A stretch of 64,000 nucleotides of DNA, taken from sequence record DRR723986_9449; one strand, 5' to 3'. Made by a program: the position numbers and the translations under genes. Of the stretch, positions 39,407 through 48,371 are shown in pieces; position 1 is the stretch's first letter, and each line of letters opens with the position of its first letter. A model generated the notes under the pieces. The model saw nothing but the letters and a program-made list of their open reading frames with translations. It did not search any database and was not told the origin of the DNA.

Positions 39407-39449
39407 GGCGGAATTCTAGAGATTATCAAAAGATTTCAAAGGGGAAGCG

Positions 39450-41435
39450 ATGTTAGGGGTCTGCTACTATCCGGAGCATTGGTCTGAGGACCTATGGCAA
39501 TCGGATGCAGCCGATATGAAGGCTTTGGGGCTAACCTATGTGCGCATCGGGGAGTTCGCCTGGTCGCGCATTGAACCCGCCCGCGACCAGTTTTCTTTTG
39601 CCTGGCTTGATAAAGCAATAAACATTCTAACGGACGCAGGCCTTAAAATAGTTTTTGGCACCCCCACCGCCACGCCGCCCAAATGGCTAATTGATGAACA
39701 TCCTGATATCTTGCCGGTTGACCCACATACAAGGCTAACACGCGGTTTTGGTTCCCGGCGGCACTATGACTTCTCCAGCGAAACATATTTGCAAGAAGCC
39801 CTCAGAATTACCGACGTGCTCACTAAACGATACGGCAATCATGATGCGATTGTGGGTTGGCAAACTGATAACGAACTGTGCTGCCATGACACTGCTTTAA
39901 GTGGTTCGGCAAAGGCGAAAGTCGGCTTCCAGCAATGGTGCCAAGAGCGTTACGGTACGATTGACGCCCTCAATACGGCGTGGGGCAATGTTTTTTGGTC
40001 GATGGACTATGCAAACTTTGAAGCCATTGAGCTGCCCATTGGCGCGGTAACAGAGACCAACCCGGCACACCGGCTGGCCTACCAACGATATTCCTCCGAC
40101 AAGGTAGTGGAATTTCAGTCGCAAATGATTGCGGTAATCCGGCAAAATGCCCCCGGCAAATGGATAACCCATAACTTCATTCCCAAAGAAGACCTGTCGG
40201 TTGACCCATATGGATTAGGTGCAGAGCTGGATGTTGCCTCTTATGATAATTACCCATTGGGCCGCACCGATATGGCCTTTAAAGATTCCTCGCCAGAGGT
40301 AATGAGCCGCTATATGCGTACCGGCCACCCGGATTTTAGCAGTTTCTACCATGACACCACACGCAGTTTCGCGGGCAGCGACTATTGGGTAATGGAACAA
40401 CAACCCGGCCCGGTGAATTGGGCGCCACACAACCCCCGGCCCGCATCCGGCATGGTGCGCTTATGGTCGTGGGAGGCTTTTGCCCACGGCGCTTCGTGTG
40501 TAAGTTATTTTCGCTGGCGACAAGCACCATTTGCGCAAGAACAAATGCATGCGGGGCTTCGCAGGCCTGATAACTCGAAAGCAGACGCTTGGGACGAAGT
40601 CGAGCAGGTACAGTCGGAATTGGCAAAATTGGGCATTAACCAGCAAAACAAGCAAAAATCAGACGTTGCGATCATTACAGATGTACATGCTTTGTGGGTA
40701 ACCGAAATCCAGCAACAAGGCGCAAGCTATGATTTTACCAAACTTGAGTTCGCCTATTATTCAGCGCTTCGCCATCTAGGGATTGATGTAGATTTCATTT
40801 CCAGAGATGCAGACTTTGGTGATTATAAGTTGGTGGTGGCACCGTGTCTGCCCATTCTTGATGATGATTTTATCAGCCGGTGCAAAGCTTCAAACGCCGC
40901 CTTCATATTTGGGCCGCGCAGTGGCTCAAAAACCGATGAATTCAGCATTCCGGCCACGCTTGCCCCCGATAAACTACAAAGCCTATTGCCAATTAAAATA
41001 CTATCGGTCGAAACCCTGCGACCAGATTGCCCGGAACCTATGACGTGGCAGGACGAAACGTATGAAGCCCGCGTATGGTGCGAGGAAATTGAAGCTGGCG
41101 ATAATGTTGAAGTACTCGCCGCCTACAGCGATGGTAGTGCTGCGATCGTAAGCAATGGCCGAATAACCTATATAGGCACACTCACTGACAATGGCTTCTT
41201 AAAGCAATTCCTGAAGCACGCTTGCAAAAATCAGGGCGTACTTACTACCCTCTTGCCGGAGGACATGCGCCTGTGCCAGCGTGGCGACCTGACATTTGCT
41301 TTTAATTACGCTGAAAATGCGCAATTAGCGCCAGCACCAGATGATGCAGACTTTCTAATCGGGCGGCGTATGGTGGGCGGGCACGACCTTTCAGTGTGGC
41401 GCACCGCAAACACAACCCTTTCAAACAACCCCTAA
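39450..41435 (+). CDS. Beta-galactosidase, GH42
   Basis: LGVCYYPEHW, RIGEFAWS, TPTATPP.W, acid/base motif WQTDNE, nucleophile motif VMEQQPG, YFRWR...QEQ.H.GL. Confidence 0.95.
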   Translation: MLGVCYYPEHWSEDLWQSDAADMKALGLTYVRIGEFAWSRIEPARDQFSFAWLDKAINILTDAGLKIVFGTPTATPPKWLIDEHPDILPVDPHTRLTRGFGSRRHYDFSSETYLQEALRITDVLTKRYGNHDAIVGWQTDNELCCHDTALSGSAKAKVGFQQWCQERYGTIDALNTAWGNVFWSMDYANFEAIELPIGAVTETNPAHRLAYQRYSSDKVVEFQSQMIAVIRQNAPGKWITHNFIPKEDLSVDPYGLGAELDVASYDNYPLGRTDMAFKDSSPEVMSRYMRTGHPDFSSFYHDTTRSFAGSDYWVMEQQPGPVNWAPHNPRPASGMVRLWSWEAFAHGASCVSYFRWRQAPFAQEQMHAGLRRPDNSKADAWDEVEQVQSELAKLGINQQNKQKSDVAIITDVHALWVTEIQQQGASYDFTKLEFAYYSALRHLGIDVDFISRDADFGDYKLVVAPCLPILDDDFISRCKASNAAFIFGPRSGSKTDEFSIPATLAPDKLQSLLPIKILSVETLRPDCPEPMTWQDETYEARVWCEEIEAGDNVEVLAAYSDGSAAIVSNGRITYIGTLTDNGFLKQFLKHACKNQGVLTTLLPEDMRLCQRGDLTFAFNYAENAQLAPAPDDADFLIGRRMVGGHDLSVWRTANTTLSNNP

Positions 41436-41450
41436 GGCTGGAGAATTCAT

Positions 41451-42902
41451 ATGGAATTACAAACAATACAGGCGGTTGTTTTCATCGGCTTTACAGCGTC
41501 GATTGCGCTGGCAACATATCTTAAATGTCGAGGTACTCGGGTTGAGGCTAACTCCAACAAGGAATATTTCCTGGCGGGCGGCGGCTTGTCCTGGGTTTTT
41601 GTGGCCGGCTCCATAACCCTCACCAACCTAAGCACAGACCAACTTGTGGGCATGAACGGTAACCAAATGGCCTTGCTAGCATGGTGGGAATTTGCCGCGG
41701 TGGCCGGGTTAATCATTCTCGCGAAAGTGTTTCTGCCGGTTTATTACCGCAACAACTGCTCTACCACCACTGAGCTATTGGAGAAGCGCTACAACGACCA
41801 TCATATCCGTGCAACCGTGTCCGTTCTGTTTTTGCTCGGCAATATTTTTATCTTTCTGCCAGCGGTGCTTTATACCGGCTCGGTCTTCATGCAATCAATG
41901 TTCAATGTGGATATTTCCATCATGGTTTTGGCAACCATGTTCGCGGTTATCGGTGCCTGCTACGCTGTGTTTGGGGGGCTGCGTGCGGTTGCCGTTTCCG
42001 ACACATACAGCGGCGTTGTGCTGTTGGGCATGGGCGTGCTTGTGGTGTTTTTAGCGCTTAAGGCGATCAACTTTGATTTCAGCGGCATTCCGGCAGAACG
42101 CCTGACCCTTATCGGCGATAACGCAAGCCCAATCCCATGGCATACACTGCTTACTGGCATGCTGTTTATCCAGATATTTTACTGGAGCACCAACCAAACC
42201 ATTACCCAGCGGGCCATGGCATCACCAACCTTAAAGGAAGCACAAAAAGGTGTATTTGCCGCGGCGGGTATTCGGCTGTTAATCGTGCCACCCATCATCG
42301 TATTGCCGGGCATTGTGTCTTACAAGCTATACGGCGATGTCGGCGATGCCGCCTACGGCCGCATAGTCGGTGATGTTCTACCCGTATGGCTATCAGGAGC
42401 TTTTGCGGCGGCAATTGCTGCAGCGGTTCTTACCAGTTTCAATAGCATCCTCAATTCGTCTACCGCGCTCTATGTGATGGATATTCATGAGAAATACTTC
42501 AACGAAGACCCCAAAGTAAAAGTACTGAGCGGTTGGGTGACCGCAATTTTTGTCATCATGGCGCTCGCGCTGGTGCCGCTATACGAGAAATCAGAGAGCA
42601 TCATAAACACAGTGCAAGAACTCTACGGTTTGCTTAGCATGCCGATATTGTCGACCTTCTTGGTGGGTTTACTGTTCAAAAACGTTGAAGCCAAAGCCAT
42701 GATTATCGCGATGGTATCAGGGGTTATTTTATACGGCATTTTAACCGGCGCAATTCCCGGTGTGTTTAACGAGGCACCTTTCCATTATATTCACGCGATG
42801 GCGCTGACGCTGGCATGCTCTATTGCAGCAGCTTTGTTTGTAAACAGTTGGGCATTCGGTAAAAAAGCAGTGTTTACAGGGCTTACGCCAAGGGTTTCAT
42901 AA
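41451..42902 (+). CDS. Sodium:sugar symporter (SSS, YidK-like)
   Basis: YFLAG, TNLSTDQLVG.NG, GGLRAVAVSD, YWSTNQ.I.QR, S.FNS.LNS. Confidence 0.92.
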   Translation: MELQTIQAVVFIGFTASIALATYLKCRGTRVEANSNKEYFLAGGGLSWVFVAGSITLTNLSTDQLVGMNGNQMALLAWWEFAAVAGLIILAKVFLPVYYRNNCSTTTELLEKRYNDHHIRATVSVLFLLGNIFIFLPAVLYTGSVFMQSMFNVDISIMVLATMFAVIGACYAVFGGLRAVAVSDTYSGVVLLGMGVLVVFLALKAINFDFSGIPAERLTLIGDNASPIPWHTLLTGMLFIQIFYWSTNQTITQRAMASPTLKEAQKGVFAAAGIRLLIVPPIIVLPGIVSYKLYGDVGDAAYGRIVGDVLPVWLSGAFAAAIAAAVLTSFNSILNSSTALYVMDIHEKYFNEDPKVKVLSGWVTAIFVIMALALVPLYEKSESIINTVQELYGLLSMPILSTFLVGLLFKNVEAKAMIIAMVSGVILYGILTGAIPGVFNEAPFHYIHAMALTLACSIAAALFVNSWAFGKKAVFTGLTPRVS

Positions 42903-42913
42903 ACCATCTCGGT

Positions 42914-44428
42914 CTATGTGGCTTCGGTCGCCAACCATTCAGAAACCCGCGCCCGCTGTTCTTCACTCATATGTAAACCAAGTTTTGAGCGCCGCCATAG
43001 AATGTCTTCTGCGGTTTTTGCCCATTCAGTGCGCTGCAAGAACTTAATCTCCTGTGCATATAGACCTGCACCGAAATGTTCACCCATATTTTCAAGAGAA
43101 GCAGTGTTGCCCAGCATATCATAAACACGGGTGCCGTATGACGCGGCCAATCGCGCACAAAGGCGAGCAGGCAGCCAAGGGGCGCGCCGCGCCAACTCAG
43201 TCGTAAAATTTTCAAGGGCTTTGGCAGGGTTCTCCCTGCCCGGCAAGTCGCCGCCCGGCAGCGGCGCATCAGCGGTCCAAGAGCCTTTTTGGTAGGCGGT
43301 ATGAGGCTCAAGTTTTTCCAGCACATCTTCCGCCAAGCGCCGGTAAGTTGTGACCTTACCACCGTATATGCTTAAAATCGGCGACATGCCTTCCGGGGCC
43401 AACAGCTCCAGCACGTAATCCCGTGTGGCCTTAGACGCGCTTTCAGCACCGTCATCATATAGGGGCCGCACACCCGAATAGCTCCACACCACATCTTCTG
43501 GCTTCAAAGATGCTTTGAAATAGTGCGATGCCGCATGGCACAAATAGTCGATTTCGTCGTTATCTGCGGCGGCTGTGCGCGGATCAGTATCAAACGGCGT
43601 ATCGGTTGTGCCAACCAAGGTAAAGTTACCCTCATAAGGTATGGCAAAAATAACCCGCCCGTCAGCGTTCTGGAACGTGTAAGCTCGGTCATGGTCATAG
43701 AGTTTAGGCAGAACAATATGGCTACCCTTCACCAACCGAACCGAGCCCTTGTTCTTTAGGGTTAGCTTGCAAGCTCCCAGCGTTTTATTGACCCACGGGC
43801 CTGCTGCGTTCACCAGCAGGTCTGCCGTCACTTCAATGGTGTCACCGCCGTCTGGCCTTACCTTAATGTGCCAACGGCCCTCTTTGCGTTCAGCACTTAA
43901 AAAGCTATGGCGCGTATGAATTTCAGCGTCCATTTCAGCGGCACCAATAGCGTTCAGCACAACCAGCCGCGCGTCATCAACCCAGCAGTCGGAATATTCA
44001 AAGCCCTGCTTAAATGCGTCTAACAAGGGTGCACCGAGGGCATCTTTTGCCAGATTTATGCGCTTGGTGGGCGACAGCAGCTTGCGTCCCCCAATATGGT
44101 CATAAAGAAACAACCCCAGCCGCAAAATAAAAGCCGGGCGTAAACCTTTATGGTGCGGCAGTACAAACCTGAGCGGGGTGATGATATGCGGGGCAATTTT
44201 CCAAAGGGTTTCACGCTCCATCAACGAATGGCGCACCAAACCAAATTCATAATGCTCAAGATAGCGCAATCCGCCATGAATGAGCTTGGAGCTAGCCGAA
44301 GAGGTTGCCCCCGCAAGGTCGTCTTGCTCAACCAGTGTCACGCTTAAGCCCCGACCTGCAGCATCGCGCGCCACGCCAACGCCGTTGATACCACCGCCGA
44401 TAATAAAAATGTCTGAATGGGCTTGCAT
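42914..44428 (-). CDS. glpD: FAD-dependent glycerol-3-phosphate dehydrogenase
   Basis: IGGGING, DAAGRGL, TSSASSKLIHGGLRYLE, DDARL, KGSHI, GVRPL, GGKVTTYR, WRRSKLG. Confidence 0.94.
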   Translation of the reverse strand: MQAHSDIFIIGGGINGVGVARDAAGRGLSVTLVEQDDLAGATSSASSKLIHGGLRYLEHYEFGLVRHSLMERETLWKIAPHIITPLRFVLPHHKGLRPAFILRLGLFLYDHIGGRKLLSPTKRINLAKDALGAPLLDAFKQGFEYSDCWVDDARLVVLNAIGAAEMDAEIHTRHSFLSAERKEGRWHIKVRPDGGDTIEVTADLLVNAAGPWVNKTLGACKLTLKNKGSVRLVKGSHIVLPKLYDHDRAYTFQNADGRVIFAIPYEGNFTLVGTTDTPFDTDPRTAAADNDEIDYLCHAASHYFKASLKPEDVVWSYSGVRPLYDDGAESASKATRDYVLELLAPEGMSPILSIYGGKVTTYRRLAEDVLEKLEPHTAYQKGSWTADAPLPGGDLPGRENPAKALENFTTELARRAPWLPARLCARLAASYGTRVYDMLGNTASLENMGEHFGAGLYAQEIKFLQRTEWAKTAEDILWRRSKLGLHMSEEQRARVSEWLATEAT

Positions 44429-44549
44429 GGTTTGGCGAGATAATCCTGAATGCTCTATTCGTTATTTATATAACGATCACATTATTTATATGATAATTAC
44501 CAGTTCAGGAAATAGAAAACACCTTTCACAAGCGTTGGGGAGGCGAAAT

Positions 44550-45173
44550 ATGCCAGACATTCAAGCAAAGATTGGACGATTGGTTGCCATCTTGCGAGGT
44601 ATTCAACCACATGAGGCTATCGCGATTGGCCAAGTCTTGGTAGATGCGGGTTTCCGCGCAATCGAAGTGCCCCTGAATTCACCTAACGCTTGTGCATCTA
44701 TTTCAGCATTGGCCAAGACTTTCGGCTCGACCACACTAGTAGGTGCGGGCACCGTGCTTCAGCCCGATCAGGTGGATGCGGTTAAAGATGCTGGCGGCAA
44801 ACTCATCGTTTCGCCCAATACAAATGTCGCGGTTATCCAGCGCACCAAGGAACTTGGCCTTTTCTCTATGCCAGGGTTCGCCACCGCCAGTGAAGCATTC
44901 AGCGCCATCGATGCCGGTGCTGACGGGCTGAAACTATTTCCCGCAGGCACAAACGGCGCGTCCACACTGGGGGCGCTAAAGTCTGTTCTGCCCGCTGACA
45001 TACCGGTTTATGCGGTTGGCGGCGTTGGCCCAGCCAATATGCAAGAATTTGTCAGTGCAGGCGCTGATGGCTTTGGTCTTGGCTCAAACCTATACCGACC
45101 GGGAGATAATGCAAATGATGTGGCCGCGAAAGCCCGTGAAGCCGTCAGTGCCTGCGATAAAGCATTTCGATAA
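44550..45173 (+). CDS. dgoA: 2-dehydro-3-deoxy-6-phosphogalactonate aldolase
   Basis: Start at ATG 44550 after GGGAGG. LVAILRG, IEVPLNSP, GAGTVL, LKLFPA, AVGGV, GFGLGS.LY.PG. Confidence 0.93.
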   Translation: MPDIQAKIGRLVAILRGIQPHEAIAIGQVLVDAGFRAIEVPLNSPNACASISALAKTFGSTTLVGAGTVLQPDQVDAVKDAGGKLIVSPNTNVAVIQRTKELGLFSMPGFATASEAFSAIDAGADGLKLFPAGTNGASTLGALKSVLPADIPVYAVGGVGPANMQEFVSAGADGFGLGSNLYRPGDNANDVAAKAREAVSACDKAFR

Positions 45174-45298
45174 GAAGACCGCATAGGCTACATACCAGAA
45201 TCTGCCTCAACTTTTTTATAGTTTAAAGACAATAAATGTCTTATGTACATACGTGTTATAAATCCTATTTAACATATCAATGAATGGCGGCAATATAA

Positions 45299-46651
45299 GT
45301 GCTTGGTTTTGAAACAATCGGCAGCGCAACAATAATTGCCTATGATGATAAACCAATTCTTGCGACAGATGCCTGGATTAACGAAGATGCATACTTTGGG
45401 AGCTGGACTCACGATTTTTCTATCCCTAAAGAGCAAATGGAGGCCATCAAAAATTCGCAATATATTTGGTTTTCGCATGGGCACCCAGACCACCTCAACA
45501 CTGCCTCTCTCGAAGACCTATCTGGCTGCACCATTCTTTTGTCTGATCATTACAAAAGCCGTATTCTCAATGATTTACGTGAAGCAGGTCTCAATGTAGA
45601 AGTTCTACCCAATAGACAGTGGCGTGATTTATCTCCTAACATTTCCGTTTATTCTATAGCAAACCAAAACCAAGATTCCGTTTTGCTTATAAGGATTGGT
45701 GATCGTTTACTAGTTGATACCAACGATTCACCTGATTTTGGCGCTTCTTATCACATCAAAAAACAAGCAAAGAAATTTAAGGATGTGTATATGCTGTCTT
45801 TGCATGGGTGGGGCGGCGCTGATATGATGAACCTTCACAAACCAGATGGAACCGCCCTTTATCTCACTCGCAGAAAAGCGGAAGATATAGCGCCTCGAGC
45901 GCAACGATGGGCAATCAAGCATGGTGCCAATTGGGCTATCCCGTTTTCTTCATTTCACCGCTACCAAAGAACGGACAGTGTCTGGGCAAATGATTTCATT
46001 CCTGCAGTAGAACAATATCAGAAAAATGCGACTAAAAATGGCCCCACAATGCTTCCGGCTTTCATACGCGTGGACTGTGAAACGGGGGATGTAATAAAAC
46101 TTAATCCGCCTCAAAAAGAAATAACCCCTCTACCTCCAGAGCATTTTGGTGACAATTGGTCTGATCAACTTGACACTCAAGATAAGCAAAAAATAGAACA
46201 GTACTTTCGCGCTTTTGACCATGTCGCCCAAAATTTTGGTTTCGTAGAGTTTCGTGTAGGTGGTAGAGATTATCGCATTGATCTTAATAGAAATATCAAA
46301 GAATGCGGATTTACCTTTGAGGTGCCCCGATCATCACTTATGACGTGTGTAGAGTATAATTTTTTTGATGACTTATTAATCGGCAATTATATGAAGACCA
46401 CGTTACATGGTGGTGCCGAATTGTATCCTAATTTTTCACCCTATGTGTGTAAATACGGAGACAACGGCGGGGCGCGAACGACTGAGGAACTGAATACATA
46501 TTTTGGCCACTATAAAGTAGACGACCGAATTGGCTACCTGATGGCCGGGTTTGCAACAAATACGGAACAAGTAATTAGAAAAATTGCACCAGAAAACAGC
46601 ACACTTTTTAAAGCTGCGAAGAAACTTTACTATACAATGCATTCATCATAA
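45299..46651 (+). CDS. Metallo-beta-lactamase-fold protein resembling the CMP-Neu5Ac hydroxylase catalytic region
   Basis: TDAW....AYFGSW, YIWFSHGHPDHLN, DSVLLI.......TND, IPFSSF, FDDLLIG; no Rieske motif; AT-rich. Confidence 0.65.
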   Translation: MLGFETIGSATIIAYDDKPILATDAWINEDAYFGSWTHDFSIPKEQMEAIKNSQYIWFSHGHPDHLNTASLEDLSGCTILLSDHYKSRILNDLREAGLNVEVLPNRQWRDLSPNISVYSIANQNQDSVLLIRIGDRLLVDTNDSPDFGASYHIKKQAKKFKDVYMLSLHGWGGADMMNLHKPDGTALYLTRRKAEDIAPRAQRWAIKHGANWAIPFSSFHRYQRTDSVWANDFIPAVEQYQKNATKNGPTMLPAFIRVDCETGDVIKLNPPQKEITPLPPEHFGDNWSDQLDTQDKQKIEQYFRAFDHVAQNFGFVEFRVGGRDYRIDLNRNIKECGFTFEVPRSSLMTCVEYNFFDDLLIGNYMKTTLHGGAELYPNFSPYVCKYGDNGGARTTEELNTYFGHYKVDDRIGYLMAGFATNTEQVIRKIAPENSTLFKAAKKLYYTMHSS

Positions 46652-46688
46652 ATCACCCCTACCTCATATGACGTTTTAGATATTTAAG

Positions 46689-48371
46689 GTGACCCCAATG
46701 GCTATACGCAGCTTAAGCCTTGTCATAGCAACAATTTTTTTATGCATCGCTGCAGCAAACAAGATAAATGCAAATTTCGTAACCGTAGGTAGTGAGACAT
46801 TCCTTTATAGTATGGAGGATGTCATGATTATGTTACGCGTTGCTAATAACTTCTCGATGGGGTCTGGGCTTTATTTCAATGTAGGCGAAGTCGTTGCCGC
46901 CAATACATCACTATTTTGGCCTATTTTTTTGGCTCCTATTTTCACTTTTTTTGATCAAACCATGTCTATTCAGGTAATTTCTTACCTTGCTGTTGGCATC
47001 GTTGTTTTGACAGCAATGTCTATGTCTTATGCCAGCAAAACGGCATCTGTCGCTATTCTATGTCTTGCTTTCTTTGTCACCTCGCCATCAACCCTATTTT
47101 ACCTTTCGTTTGCTTGGGAAAACGTGCCGCAAATGTTTTTCGCTTCATTAGGGTTCTTTGCTTGGTGCGGGTATATCTTCAAACAAAAAGATGCGCTTTC
47201 CCAGGTCGGTATTGCGTTGTTGTTTTTCACCGCAGCCTATCTATTTCGTCCTGATGCTGCTCTTTTGTTCATTGTTCCAACATTGCAAATTCTGTTGCTG
47301 GGGTGGCAACAAAAAAACTTTGTAAAAACGGCAAGTTTTGTCGCTGTTCCTGTGGCGGCAATAGCAGTCTACTTTAGCCTTCATTACAGCATATATCAGG
47401 ACTTTGTTCCGAATACTTATTACATGAAATTAACAGGTGGCGCTGGACCAATTTCATTGGGTATTGAGTATTTCTTTAGAAATATTTTCTTGGGGGGCAA
47501 CGTATTTTTCTATTTAGGGGCTTTGGCTTGTTGGTTTGTCAAAAGAAAACTATTCAGCCTCACTGAAAAACTAGCTCTTATTTCTTGCAGTATATTTATT
47601 GTGTATATCATCTCTGCTGGTGGAGACTTCTTCCCAAACGGTCGCTTTTTCATGCTGATGACACCTTTTTTGATGGTTATCTTTTCGGATAAAGCGCTTA
47701 ACATCATAGAAGAAAAGAAAAGCAAAAATAGCCTTTCATCTATTGTGCTAACATTGGGCATGCTAGGCGGGGTACTGTCTAGTATACTTGTCGGCAATGT
47801 AACTTTATACGGCAATCAGTCTGTTCCTGTTATTCGCAATGATAACATTGTACGGCAACCTCTTGCTCTTATGTCTTCTATACCGGTAATTCGACATTAT
47901 CTTGATCCGGTCGACGGCTCTATCGCAATGTTTTACATCGGTAATTTACCATACTACCTCGCGGAATATAATGTAACAGACCTATTGGGTAAGGCAGATG
48001 CTTATGTGTCTAAAACCTCTATTCATCCTGGCGCCCCTCATGCTCACAATAAATGGGATTTCAATTATTCGTTAAGAGATAACCGAGTGGCTGCAATCTA
48101 TGTCCGCACCTTTAATTCGGATGAGGAAGCAGAAAAGCAGATAAAGGAAGCTACCGGTGAATATTTTCATGCTGAATTATGGCTCAATCCAATATTTAAA
48201 GAAAATTATATCGTCCTACCATGGAGGCATTTGAACGTGCCAAGCAGTAACGGACTAGCGATACGAAAAGATCTACTCAATCGATTCTGCAAAAGTCCCC
48301 CAAGCGAACAAATGGCTGATACTTGTGCGAAATCGACCTTCAGCGGTCCATTAACCCAGCACGAGCTTTAA
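46689..48371 (+). CDS. Polytopic GT-C-like glycosyltransferase (AftB-like signature)
   Basis: EDVMIMLRVANNFSMGSGLYFNVGE.V...TS..W, RPDA, PNTYY.K, GGDFFP.GRF, DLLG.AD; more than 10 TM helices; AT-rich. Confidence 0.65.
   Translation: MTPMAIRSLSLVIATIFLCIAAANKINANFVTVGSETFLYSMEDVMIMLRVANNFSMGSGLYFNVGEVVAANTSLFWPIFLAPIFTFFDQTMSIQVISYLAVGIVVLTAMSMSYASKTASVAILCLAFFVTSPSTLFYLSFAWENVPQMFFASLGFFAWCGYIFKQKDALSQVGIALLFFTAAYLFRPDAALLFIVPTLQILLLGWQQKNFVKTASFVAVPVAAIAVYFSLHYSIYQDFVPNTYYMKLTGGAGPISLGIEYFFRNIFLGGNVFFYLGALACWFVKRKLFSLTEKLALISCSIFIVYIISAGGDFFPNGRFFMLMTPFLMVIFSDKALNIIEEKKSKNSLSSIVLTLGMLGGVLSSILVGNVTLYGNQSVPVIRNDNIVRQPLALMSSIPVIRHYLDPVDGSIAMFYIGNLPYYLAEYNVTDLLGKADAYVSKTSIHPGAPHAHNKWDFNYSLRDNRVAAIYVRTFNSDEEAEKQIKEATGEYFHAELWLNPIFKENYIVLPWRHLNVPSSNGLAIRKDLLNRFCKSPPSEQMADTCAKSTFSGPLTQHEL

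Noticed and set aside
44280-44549. Long N-terminal extensions in the ORF track (dgoA, DgoR-like regulator, TetR, GST, HIG1-like protein)
   Set aside because: They overlap neighbouring genes or promoters. Downstream starts fit family lengths better and most have an RBS.
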